Positions 11,086-22,725 of a DNA stretch of 48,139 bases are shown one piece after another. Origin of the DNA: Octopus bimaculoides (Eukaryota); the NCBI RefSeq assembly GCF_001194135.2, contig NC_068989.1:47387625-47435763 (forward strand), written 5' to 3'. How positions within the stretch are numbered: the first letter of the stretch is position 1; each line of letters starts with the position of its first letter. Position numbers and translations under genes: made by a program. The notes below the pieces were generated by a model. The model had not been told where the DNA came from. It searched no databases and was given only the letters and a program-made list of their open reading frames with translations.

Positions 11086-12781
11086 TCTAAGAGTTGAATC
11101 ATTCTATTATCAAGTGACCAACTAGCTTTTGAGTACTTACTTTGGGTAGTTAAGTTGAAGTGCCAGAAGCCGGAAACGAAATCATATATCTTCATTCTAA
11201 AACTGCTGCTTTATTAACTTAATGCCGGTATTCTAATGTAAATGAAAACAGAGAAAAGAAAAAAGAAGAAGCTGTACAACGTTTTCTCTACAGAAAGCAG
11301 AATTTAGTTATTGCTATTTAAAATTGTTTCTCCACGGTGAAATAATGGCGACTGAAGTAAAACCATTGTTTTCGATGATTATCTAGAGGCGTTATTCTTT
11401 TTTGTTACGTTTCAAGTGCTTTCAGAGATTGATTTCAACTAATGAATTCCTCTAAGCATACGTATTTCTGTACTACTCTATCTTTATTTCCTCTCATGCC
11501 ATTCATAAGACTCTGCCTGTCTCTAAATAAGAGACAAGATTCTTGCATTTGTGGTTTAGACGACAATAACTTCAGTCCGATGATGAAGTTTTTGAATGTT
11601 TGCTACTGGCTTATTGAATTTGGAAACTTTCTCTCAACCACTTTGTCTCTTCTTTAAAGATCAACGTATTGTGATTAATGACTGTAAGTTACATCTCGAA
11701 GAGACATAGATGGATAAGTATGATTAAAGTAATTGAATACTTGCTATATTAGCCTGTCGTCTCTGAAACAATTCCCTACTTACATTGATAGCTATAACTT
11801 TACAAAAGTAACACATAGACATTTTGTCACACAACAGAGTTCACATGTAAATATAGACAACAATAATTAATCTATTTAGTAAACGGTGTCTCTAAAATTC
11901 TGTTTCAGTTTGCGTGGTATACATATAACCATGGAAATTGACTTCATGTAACTGTAAACATATTTTCTACTTCAGCAAACAACAGATGTTTGAGGAATAT
12001 TCATTTTGTTTGGTGACTAGGTATCTGTTTTTGCCGTAGTGTCATATATTCAAATAAATGCAATCAGTTAATCTTATTTTGAAAATGAAGTAAATAGTGT
12101 CTTGGAACTTGCAACTATCTCCTATGTAGACTTTATTAATGTAGACTGGAATATTCACTTTGACCTGATTTTATCTAACAAGAGTAATATGGTTGGCTTA
12201 TAAGAGATTAACAGACGGTGAAAGGATAATACAAATGCTTTCATATTACTCGCCACATCAACTTGCTTCTACATTGCTTCCAACAATTTCTGTCATATTC
12301 GTCACGCAGCGATTCCCTACAGGCCGTTAGAAATATTAGATGTGTCATATACATATCAGCAGTTAATCTACGACTAATATACTAATCATATCGGACCATA
12401 GGAAGCAGAATTGATTAACTTCGTTGAAAACATTCCACTCTCTTTCGTTTTGCATTTATAAATTTGCTACTGGGCTGCATATATTCAGTGGCATCTGCAT
12501 TCATTTACGTTCTATAATAATAAAGGGCTATCGTATGTCTGTTGCGTGGCCCTCAACCTGTTGATGCAGTCACAGAGATGTCGTCGTGACATAAAATGTG
12601 ATTGGAACTAAGCGCAGACACACGGAGTAGTAACCGCAAAACGTCTCAGCCAAGTGACATAGTATATACATAGGTTTAATGGCTGTTTTCTGCTATGGTG
12701 TCTTTGTTCGCTATGAATGACTTCAAAACAATAAAATCGTTAAAATATCAAATATAATAATAAAAAAATCACAGACTTGCT

Positions 12782-12812
12782 ATGTGTGTGTGTGTGTGTG
12801 TGTGTGCATGTG

Positions 12813-12847
<35 letters not shown>

Positions 12848-13038
12848 GTGTTTGTGTGTGTGTCTGTGTGTGTCTGTGTGTGTGAGTGTGTGTTTGTGCT
12901 GTGTCTGTGTCTGTGTTTTTGCCTGTGTCTGTGTATCAGTGTCTGTGTGCGTTGTGTGAGTGTGCGCATGTGTATGTTTGTGTATATGTGTGTATGTATG
13001 TATGTATGTATGTATGTATGTATGTATGTGTGTGTGTA
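12782..13038 (+). repeat. (TG)n / (TATG)n compound microsatellite
   Basis: Direct sequence. Confidence 0.95.
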
Positions 13039-13382
13039 CGTAGGTCTGAATTGTCGCGCAGTACGGGTCGCTTATGGACGCTATTGTTTATGACGACCAA
13101 TTAATGACCGCACGGGTCTGTATGAAAATGCTGAGCCCCGAATTCCATCATCATCCGCATCCCGGAAATGTACTCCGTCTTGGTTCAGAAAGAAAAGCTG
13201 TTAAGCCTGAGGACAGTCTACACCGGCGAGACAAAAAAAAAACAAAAAAAAACATAACACCAAAGAAAAAAAAGGAGTGGACAGCGGCAGCGGTAGAAAC
13301 AACAACTGTAGATCACTACTACATCCAATACTATACCTATCAAGATTACCACTACAAACAGCGCATTACAGTTCGTAACATT

Positions 13383-13561
13383 GGTTTGACATTTTGGTAC
13401 AAAGCCAGCAAATTGAAGGGAAGGTGTAAGTCTTTACACCGACTGCAGTACTCGACTGGTACTCATTTTATCGACCACGAAAGAATGAACTTTGAACTCA
13501 GAACGTAAAGATGGACGAAATCCCGCTAAGCATTTTGCCCGGCTTGCACGTTGCCCTCACT
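13383..13561 (-). mobile_element. SINE family A, diverged copy
   Basis: Homologous to 774-980 (GGTTT.A.ATTTTGG..CAA.GCCAGCAA..., TTTGAACTCAGAACGTAAAG, CCGCTAAGCATTTTGCCCGG). Confidence 0.8.
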
Positions 13562-13576
13562 GTATTTCGTAATATT

Positions 13577-13794
13577 GGTTTCAAGATGTCGCACAAGGGC
13601 AGCAAGTTCAGGGAAAGGAGTAAGTCTTTACTTCGACTTCAGTACTCGACTGCTACTTATTTCATCGACCCCCACCCCCGAAACGAAGGTAGGCATTGTC
13701 GACCTCGGCAGAATTTGAACTCAGATCGTAAAGACGAACGAAAATGCTGCTAAGCATTTTTTTGCCGGGAGTGCTAACGATTCTGCCAGCTCAC
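13577..13794 (-). mobile_element. SINE family A, near full length, in tandem with the previous copy
   Basis: Minus-strand head GTGAGCTGGCAGAATCGTTAGCACTCCCGG (A box), B box GAGTTCAAATTCTG, family A body. Confidence 0.85.
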
Positions 13795-13809
13795 TGACCT
13801 CAATGCATT

Positions 13810-15050
13810 CCCTAATATTACCAAAATTATCATGACACCAATACCACCACTACCATTCATCTTCACTATCGATCTCAATCAGTATCATGCCCACCACTAC
13901 AGATACTTCCAACAGCAGCGCTATCATGATGATCATCACCAGTACCACCACTAATTACCAAAATTCTGACCGCTACTAATGACCGATATATTCCACTACC
14001 AGTAACACTACCAAGAATATAACCACTACCACTATCATAACTACCACCANNNNNNNNNNNNNNNNNNNNNNNNNNNNNNNNNNNNNNNNNNNNNNNNNNN
14101 NNNNNNNNNNNNNNNNNNNNNNNNNNNNNNNNNNNNNNNNNNNNNNNNNNNNNNNNNNNNNNNNNNNNNNNNNNNNNNNNNNNNNNNNNNNNNNNNNNNN
14201 NNNNNNNNNNNNNNNNNNNNNNNNNNNNNNNNNNNNNNNNNNNNNNNNNNNNNNNNNNNNNNNNNNNNNNNNNNNNNNNNNNNNNNNNNNNNNNNNNNNN
14301 NNNNNNNNNNNNNNNNNNNNNNNNNNNNNNNNNNNNNNNNNNNNNNNNNNNNNNNNNNCCATTCATCTACCTCAACTTCTGCCGCTCTGAACTCCTCTAC
14401 TTGCATCCTTATTACAACGTCCACTACCATTTGCAACACAACCACTCTGCCATCACATTGGCAAACAGACTCCACTATAACGTCTACAACCACCTGCGAC
14501 ACCACTGCCCGCTACAACTGCCACTACACTACCTGAGCCACCACTATCGACATCGCTACTACTACAGCTATCACCACCTGAACTATCGCACCGCTATGTA
14601 CACCACCACCACCACCACCGCCGCCACTACTATTGCCATCATCACCACCAGCACTATCACAATCATCACCACCAACATCAGTACCACTTTCACGATCATC
14701 ACCACCACTGCTATCACTCAGGCCATCATCCCCACCACCACCACCAACACCACCAGCATTGCCATAACCATCACAACATCAAGCGCCGCCACCGCCAATA
14801 CCACCAACATCACCACTGCCACTACCGGTACGACCATTATGGCTATCATACCATTGCTACTACAATCACCCCCATCACCTACATCACCCTCACAATCACC
14901 ATCACCACCTTCATAATTGCCATCAGGAACACTACCTTCAACACAGAAACCACCATCACCACCACCACCGCCGTCACCACCACCAACACCACCACTGCCA
15001 TCACCGTCACAAACACCACCACCACTATCACCAGCATGTTCCACCAATAA
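13810..15050 (+). repeat. Cryptic (ACC/ACT/ATC)n trinucleotide low-complexity region spanning an N gap
   Basis: CAC/CAT/TAC triplet periodicity throughout, with a strong C/A strand bias. Confidence 0.85.
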
Positions 15051-15985
15051 ACATGATAGTTATAAACTCCCACCAGCTCCAGTCACCTGTTCCAGCCTCA
15101 ACACTTTTCTATCCTACAAGTCTATGTTTGATGCAGTACATCTATTATTAGAATTCTNNNNNNNNNNNNNNNNNNNNNNNNNNNNNNNNNNNNNNNNNNN
15201 NNNNNNNNNNNNNNNNNNNNNNNNNNNNNNNNNNNNNNNNNNNNNNNNNNNNNNNNNNNNNNNNNNNNNNNNNNNNNNNNNNNNNNNNNNNNNNNNNNNN
15301 NNNNNNNNNNNNNNNNNNNNNNNNNNNNNNNNNNNNNNNNNNNNNNNNNNNNNNNNNNNNNNNNNNNNNNNNNNNNNNNNNNNNNNNNNNNNNNNNNNNN
15401 NNNNNNNNNNNNNNNNNNNNNNNNNNNNNNNNNNNNNNNNNNNNNNNNNNNNNNNNNNNNNNNNNNNNNNNNNNNNNNNNNNNNNNNNNNNNNNNNNNNN
15501 NNNNNNNNNNNNNNNNNNNNNNNNNNNNNNNNNNNNNNNNNNNNNNNNNNNNNNNNNNNNNNNNNNNNNNNNNNNNNNNNNNNNNNNNNNNNNNNNNNNN
15601 NNNNNNNNNNNNNNNNNNNNNNNNNNNNNNNNNNNNNNNNNNNNNNNNNNNNNNNNNNNNNNNNNNNNNNNNNNNNNNNNNNNNNNNNNNNNNNNNNNNN
15701 NNNNNNNNNNNNNNNNNNNNNNNNNNNNNNNNNNNNNNNNNNNNNNNNNNNNNNNNNNNNNNNNNNNNNNNNNNNNNNNNNNNNNNNNNNNNNNNCTCTC
15801 TCTCTCTCAATATATATATATATATATATATATATATGCTGAGAAAAAGGAGGGACTTAAAATTTTGGACAGTTCTTTATCAAAGCTTTCGTTCGTTTGT
15901 CGAACTCAAGACAGATCAAAATCAAAATCAAAATGTTTGTTATTTACTCCGTATCTTTGATTCAATACTAAATACATGATATATA

Positions 15986-17150
15986 CAGGGTGAGTAAGGT
16001 ATTTGTGGACATACTTTTTTCCAGTCATTGTTTCATTTTTTTGCTAACTCTGTATAATCTTTGTTTCAGAAACTAATAATGGCAGACATTCAGCTTACTC
16101 AAGAAATGAAGAGGCCTGCTGTTATTGTGATTATAAAGGCTGAGCATAACGATTTAGAATTATCTCGAATTTTAAAAGATCTTACGTCTACAAAAGTTGT
16201 AAGGATCTCGAGATTGAAGATGGAGATATATCACCAGTACCAAAGCATAAAAAGCATTCTATACACTCTGAAATCATCAGAAAGCCTGAATTCATCCAGC
16301 AAGTTCAACAGACCATTGATTACAATCCCAGAAATTCCATGAGGTCAATTACAAAAGATCTCCATGTGTCAGAAGGAGCAGTCAGAAATGTTGTCCACGA
16401 AGACATGAGTTATAAGTCTTATATGATGAAGAAAGGACGATTTGTCAGAAACAGCAAAAGAAAATCATTATATCAGATCTAAAAGGCTCTTAAATAAACT
16501 GAAAAATCCAGCAGAAGATATGATTTGGTTTTAGCTCATACGAGAAATCTTCGACCAAGATTAAAAATTTTATAGAAGAAATAACAGATGGTTATGTGCA
16601 GACACTTCTGAAATTCTAAGTGTTATGCATACAAAATTTCCTGCAACTGTCATGGTTTTAGGGGTTGTCAGCAATGAAGGACATATGATGCCTCCTTACT
16701 TTTTTCCACAAGGCCTTAGATTTAACTCTGCCGCCTACATTGAGGTCCCAAAATAATTTGTTAAGCCCTGGATAGACAGTGTAAGAAATGGAAGGCCAGA
16801 TATATTTCTATACTATCACACAAGAATGGATGGCTGAAAATTTTCATAATGACATAACTCCTGACATTTGGCTTCTTAATTCCCTGGATCTCAATTCATT
16901 GGACTATTACATCTGGAGTGTTGTTGGGGGAGAGAGGTTATTGAATATGCCCATAACACCAAAGATTCTTTGAAAGCTGCCATAGAGTAATCTTCAAAAT
17001 GAACCAGCAACACTTGATTCAAGTATGTAGATGATTTAGATGATTTAGATAGAAGCAGTTGTTGAAGGTGAAGGTGGCTTTATTGAATAACATTATAGAA
17101 AAGAGGCCAATTTACATATTTCTTTTGTATTCTCTTTTTTATAATTGTCA
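15986..17150 (+). mobile_element. Defective maT (Bmmar1-like/DD37D-type) mariner-family transposon, copy 1
   Basis: TA+CAGGGTG end. Frameshifted ORF 16079-17090 with FIQQVQQTIDYNPRNSMRSITKDLHVSEGAVRNVVHEDMSYKSY, RRNNRWLC, TKFPATVMVLGVVSNEGHMMPPYFFPQGLRFNSAAY, VKPWIDSV, TQEWMAENF..WLLNSLDLNSLDYYIWS (SPDLNPLDY motif) and IEAVVEGEGGFIE*. The QQD segment is deleted, so the D-D spacing cannot be confirmed. Confidence 0.85.
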
Positions 17151-17174
17151 TTTTACTTGTAACAACACCTTTTC

Positions 17175-17339
17175 TGTTTTAAAACCTATAAAAATTATTT
17201 TTGAGTGGTTTTGGCGAGCTGGAACGGATTAATTATATTTTAGTTAATTTCAATGGGGAAAATTATTTTTTAAAACGAATAAATCGTAAGATGAGCTCGT
17301 TTATGGAACGAATTAAACTCGTACTGCGAGGCATCACTT
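17175..17339. mobile_element. One end of a Tigger/pogo-like MITE
   Basis: Ends GGAACGAATTAAACTCGTACTGCGAGGCATCACTT+TA, matching the right end of the MITE at 30530-30669 (GGAACGAATTAATTCGTACACTGAGGCATCACTG+TA). Confidence 0.65.
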
Positions 17340-18122
17340 TATATAAGAAATAATAGAGATGGAAAATGGAGTATACAAGTAACTTTATTGCTCACAACGA
17401 TCGTTTAATTTCCCTCCCTCCTGCAACTATCCCTCGCGGTTAGGGTAGTTTACAACTGGTTGTGGTGCATCCCTCGGTGCAGAAGTGTCTTGTCAGGTGT
17501 TGTTATACGTGGTATCGCGTTACATAAACCCTGTTTCGCTTGATTTTAATACAGCATGTTGCCAGAACCCTTAGTTTGAAGCCTAAGTTGGGCAGTACTG
17601 GCGAGAGACAGACTCTGTTGCGATGTTATTGGCAGTTGTCTTCATGTCTTTAACAGTAAATCAAAAACTGGGAGTAAATAAGAAAAATAAGAAGAATAAG
17701 AAACACAAAATATACAATAAAGTAAAAAAAAATTAATGCGTCAGTACACAAATAGATCCATACCCACACTTCTAGTCCTGTGTACGCACACTGTCTCATA
17801 TGTTCAGTTAAGTAGATGTCATCAAACACTTTGATAAACGTTCATGCATATATTTATTCAGTTGAATGAGGTGCTTAAAGGTGAGGCACCTAGTTAGGTC
17901 GGAATAAAATACACACCAACTGAGATGAATATCAACCTTGATGCAGATGTACTGGCAAAATGATATTCATGTAATGCATGCAGTTAAATGGGACCCAATT
18001 GAGTATATTATAATCCACTCTTGAGCTATTTAGATACGTACATTTTATTAAATATACAGTCCATAATATAATTCGGAATACGCGAGGGGTATGTTCCGAG
18101 GTGAATTAAAAATAAATAAGAA

Positions 18123-18386
18123 ACAATTGATGGACAGGTGTCAATTCATTATAGCAGTTTAATTGATTAATTGAGTATATTATATCCTTACGAAAAACTG
18201 TTTTCTTCAGATGTATACATACATATAATTTTACAAATAATTGAATTATTTTAAATGTCCTTGATTGTAAGATTCATGAATTCATTGCAGAAAAATCATC
18301 TTTTATAATGATATAATATACTCATTAATCAATTAAAAAATTTGTTAGAAACTGCTATAATGAATTGACACATGTCTATCAATTGT
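18123..18386. mobile_element. AT-rich fold-back (MITE-like) element with ~70-85-bp inverted arms
   Basis: ACAATTGATGGACAGGTGTCAATTCATTATAGCAGT-TTAATTGATTAATTGAGTATATTATATC (18123-18186) matches the reverse complement of ~18308-18386, which carries an extra ~16 bp. Confidence 0.7.
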
Positions 18387-18901
18387 CATAAAATCTTCCC
18401 AGGATAAAAGGTCAATCTTCCATAGGTTGATTTTCCTGCTGAAGGAATTGTCAGTTAGCGGTTAATAGACGGAAGGAAAAAAATGGTTAGTTCGACAACT
18501 CTTCAACGACAAACAAAAGCTAACTATCATTGTTAATGTTGCTATGTTGTTGGTGCTGTCACTGCTTAACTCCAGGTAAGTTATAACTGTCCAAACCTGC
18601 CAGAAGTAGCATTCTAGCTGTGAACATTACATATTTTATGAGGTTTATATCTTTGTCACTTATATTTTCAAGATGCTGATGTCTGATTTAAGGGAAAACT
18701 ACTCTAGATTTCTATCAATCACAAGCTGCTTTTCTCGCTCATTTATGATGTATCTATATATATGCATATACAATATTAGGATAAAAATTTTATAAGAATT
18801 TATCAAGTAGTTAGCGTGAAAAAACCTCATAAGGGACAAAAACAATCATTTTTTCCCATATGTATATTTAATTTATATAAGGGCAAGACTATACAATAAT
18901 A

Positions 18902-18948
18902 CCTCACACTAAGAGGGACTCCCTTTTGGAGTCCCTCTTAGCGTGAGG
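18902..18948. other. GC-rich 21-bp inverted repeat (1 mismatch, 5-nt loop)
   Basis: CCTCACACTAAGAGGGACTCC-CTTTT-GGAGTCCCTCTTAGCGTGAGG. Confidence 0.9.
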
Positions 18949-18968
18949 CATTATTGTATAGTAATGCC

Positions 18969-18999
<31 letters not shown>

Positions 19000-19781
19000 G
19001 GTTTGCTTTCTCGGCCTATGTCAATCTTCCTCTCTTTTTCTCCTCTGTGGACTTTTACTTCGTTCCGTCAAAGACTCATTCTCGAAGCGCCGTTTCCACT
19101 CCTCTTTTTCCATCTAATATTTTTCACTGAGCGTCAGTCTAATATAACTATTGTCTACGTCTAATTGACTTTTGTTGTTTTTTTCTGTTTTTGCGTTTCA
19201 TTTTTGATTTGTCCNNNNNNNNNNNNNNNNNNNNNNNNNNNNNNNNNNNNNNNNNNNNNNNNNNNNNNNNNNNNNNNNNNNNNNNNNNNNNNNNNNNNNN
19301 NNNNNNNNNNNNNNNNNNNNNNNNNNNNNNNNNNNNNNNNNNNNNNNNNNNNNNNNNNNNNNNNNNNNNNNNNNNNNNNNNNNNNNNNNNNNNNNNNNNN
19401 NNNNNNNNNNNNNNNNNNNNNNNNNNNNNNNNNNNNNNNNNNNNNNNNNNNNNNNNNNNNNNNNNNNNNNNNNNNNNNNNNNNNNNNNNNNNNNNNNNNN
19501 NNNNNNNNNNNNNNNNNNNNNNNNNNNNNNNNNNNNNNNNNNNNNNNNNNNNNNNNNNNNNNNNNNNNNNNNNNNNNNNNNNNNNNNNNNNNNNNNNNNN
19601 NNNNNNNNNNNNNNNNNNNNNNNNNNNNNNNNNNNNNNNNNNNNNNNNNNNNNNNNNNNNNNNNNNNNNNNNNNNNNNNNNNNNNNNNNNNNNNNNNNNN
19701 NNNNNNNNNNNNNNNNNNNNNNNNNNNNNNNNNNNNNNNNNNNNNNNNNNNNNNNNNNNNNNNNNNNNNNNNNNNNNNNNN

Positions 19782-19851
<70 letters not shown>
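19782..19851 (+). repeat. (TAA)n microsatellite after an N gap
   Basis: Direct sequence. Confidence 0.95.
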
Positions 19852-19853
<2 letters not shown>

Positions 19854-20016
19854 TATAACATACAGGAATTTGCACTACTAGGCACTGCACACATCCTGCG
19901 CAAAACACTTTCAATACAGTAGCCATAAGAGCATCACAGCAAACCACAGCACATACCCAAGGCAGACAGAGCTGCGCTCGGTTGTGAAGTGAAAGCACGT
20001 TATAAAAATAAGACTA

Positions 20017-20020
<4 letters not shown>
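19852..20020 (+). mobile_element. Severely 5'-truncated R4/Dong-type copy (family a) flanked by (TAA)n on both sides
   Basis: YNIQEFALLGTAHILRKTLSIQ* (stop 19920-19922) plus the same 3' UTR as 215-298, ending ACTACTGA+(ATA)n. Confidence 0.9.
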
Positions 20021-20054
<34 letters not shown>

Positions 20055-20070
20055 TGATGACGATGATGAT
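20021..20070 (+). repeat. (TAA)n grading into (TGA)n; forms the (ATC)/(ATT) tail of the minus-strand Tx1 element
   Basis: Direct sequence. Confidence 0.9.
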
Positions 20071-22497
20071 TTCTTTATTAACCACAAGGGATTACATTAA
20101 GAAAAACATTATGGACAGCACAGGACAAAAAAAAAAGAATGAGTGTATGTATGTGTGTGTGTGTGTTGTGAGGGTTTTGCGTGTAAACAAGACTAACAAA
20201 ATTAGAAAAAGAAGAATGCAACAATGTGTAATCCTCAATAGGGAGGATGTGTTCGCGGGATGCTCATGGAAATATCCCATAAAAAACCATAGGTACCCTG
20301 ACTTTTGGAGCAGGTGCCTTTTTTCCTTTCCTTTTTTCCAACTACAGGCGTATTCTTAAGACAGGGCTGTTCACTTGCACCATTCTCGCCATTTTCATCC
20401 ACATTTCAGCAAACTGACTAGAAGGCAACACTTCCCTCTACCTTTTCAAGTGAAATTTGAAGAAGTTGATCAGAGATTGGCCAAAGAGAAAAGTGCTTGT
20501 TTTCAGCCTATTAAATCTCGTCCACCATACAACCTCTTTCGCCATTGCCACCAGGCATATAAAAACAGACTTACCTTCCGGGTCAAAGGAAAGCGGCGAG
20601 GCGATCTTCATCGTGGATACAGTTGACAGCCGGATCCGTCCCGCACGCGACAGTAGGTGTTCGACATAAATCAGCAATGCCCGGGTACAGGATGAGAGCA
20701 TGCAGGACCGACCTTTTAGGGATACTTTACTCTAGGCCCATTTCTGGGTGACAGTAGTCACACTGCTCGTCACCTCATTCCAGCTTTTGTCCATCTGAAG
20801 ATCCGGGCCAAACCAGACCCCAAGAAATTTAACGGGTCCGTCCGTCCACCACCCAACGACGCAGTTGAACAGCATGGTCGTGCTTCTCCAGGGGCCGAAC
20901 GGCAAGCCCACTCATTTTCCTGGTAAATTGTCGCTCCTGAAACTGCTTTGTAGTCCCTGAAAGCGGCACCGATCATCTTCATGTGTTTATGATCCGACAC
21001 CACTACACTGACTTCGACAGTATATGCCGACACGCATTTCCCACATCCTAGGTCACACGTGATGCCTCTCAACGTCTTCAGACTTGTTTCTCCAGGGGCC
21101 GAGAGCCAAGCCCACTCATTTTCCTGGTTAATTGTCGCTCCTGAAACCGCCTTGGAGTCCCTCGAGAGTCAGTACATACAAGAAAGACAAGAACGGACAA
21201 CCATGTCGGATCGAGTGCACGATGTTGAACGGCTCTGAGAGGTGAGAATTCACTCTGACCACTGAACAGATGTTGCTGTACAATTTCAGTGATCCAGCCC
21301 CTGAATACAGGCCCGAAACTAGCTGCCTTCAGGACCACCGCCAGGTATAGGTGGTCGACCTTATCGAAAGCTTTAGACTGGTTTAAATTGATCAGGGACT
21401 CACTAGTATCAGGTTCTTTAGCCACTTTTTCAGTGTTGTATCGCATGAGGTGGATGTTGTCGTGAATAGATCTTTTCGAGATGGCACATGTCTGTGCCTC
21501 CCCTACCAGATCCCTGATGACAAGCGCCAACGTCGTAGCTAATACCTTGGCCAAAATTTTGAACTCTACATTCAGCAGTGTTATGGGTCTAAAGTTGACA
21601 ATACAATCACCCTTGTTCAGGTCTTTTCTCAGTAACGCCACCGCTCCCTGGCTCACAAAACTGGTAATTCTGCCATTCTGCTGCCAGTTTCAGTAAACGC
21701 TTGCTAAGAGGTCACCGTGCAAGTGGCATGTAAGCATAGGGCAGACTATCCAAACCTGGCGATTTACCCTTCGTGCATCTAGCCATTGCTTCCCGTATAT
21801 CAAAGGCTGTTATCGGCCTTTCACTGCGCTCCACCTCTGTCACCGAGAGCCGTGGCAGCCTGTCGAGTTAGGATGTGAAATCCATCCTGCTACCCAGCTC
21901 ACCGCTGCCCCCGAACAGTTGAGCGAAGCGTCGCTGAAAGGCCACACATATCTGTCTCGGATCAGTTATCATTTGCCTTTCGTAGTTCAGCTAGTATCGG
22001 ATTGTGGATTTATTGCCACGCCGTGCTCCTGCCATTTAGACCCATTGAACGGCTTTCGTTCCTTCGTGTCTAAGTGCTCTTTCCTTAGCTCTGACAACAC
22101 GACATTCGTGTTTTGCGTTGAAGAATTGGTCAAGAGCCAATCTTGCTGCGAGAACGTCGGTCGTGATGCCTTTTCTAAAAGCTTCGTCTAACTTCTTGAC
22201 TAGCTCTGTCTCTACTCTGTTTCTTTCTATTGCTAGTCCTTTGCTAAACTTTATCGAATCTATTCCAGCCGCACTTTTCAGGGCGAACCACCATTTATTG
22301 TTGATTATTTCCCCCGACAACGCCCTCTTAACCAGTTCACTAATCCAGTCACTGAAATCTTTACGCACCGGCAACGACGTGTTCAGTTTCCATAACCGAG
22401 TTCCTTTCTATGAAGCCTATCTAAGTCGCCTGTACAGATCACGAATTTGTGGTCTGTGTAGTCGACTACTTTAACCTGTAGACAACCTATGGTATCC
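20071..22497 (-). mobile_element. 5'-truncated, internally deleted Tx1/L1-clade LINE (APE end, linker, RT, decayed zinc-knuckle region, 3' UTR)
   Basis: Minus strand: YTDHKF (APE SDH motif), GY-WKLNTSL, KWWFALK, NFRPITLLNVEFKILAKVLA, QTCAISKRSIHDNIHLMR, NQSKAFDKVDHLYL..VL...FG..F..WI, GCP..LYVLTLE, SAYTVEV (decayed YADD), KFLGVWFG, AKEVVWWTR..FFKFHLK. The 3' UTR ends GGTTAATAAAGAA+(ATC)n. Confidence 0.9.
20884..21162. repeat. 75-bp direct repeat pair (20884-20958 and 21088-21162) inside the Tx1 RT
   Basis: 68/75 identical; offset 204 bp. Confidence 0.9.
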
Positions 22498-22708
22498 TAT
22501 TCAGACAAATACATAACAAAAACACCAGGACTTACAAATATATATAACATACAGAAAATTGCACTACTGGGCACTGCACACATCCTACGCAAAACACTTT
22601 CAATACAGTAACCATAAGAGCATCACAGCAAACCTCAGCACATACCCAAGGCACACAGAGCTGCGCTTGGTAGTGAAGTGAAAGCACGCTATAAAAATAA
22701 AACTACTC
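22498..22708 (+). mobile_element. 5'-truncated R4/Dong-type copy (family a)
   Basis: YSDKYITKTPGLTNIYNIQKIALLGTAHILRKTLSIQ* and 3' UTR nearly identical to 101-298, followed by a short TAA tail (22709-22725). Confidence 0.9.
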
Positions 22709-22725
22709 AATAATAATAACAATAA

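Noticed and set aside
14401-15160. Mucin-like Thr-rich and extensin-like Pro-rich ORFs (14401-14916, 14917-)
   Set aside because: They are a by-product of degenerate (ACC)n repeats that are open in several frames and on both strands, with no splice or domain evidence.
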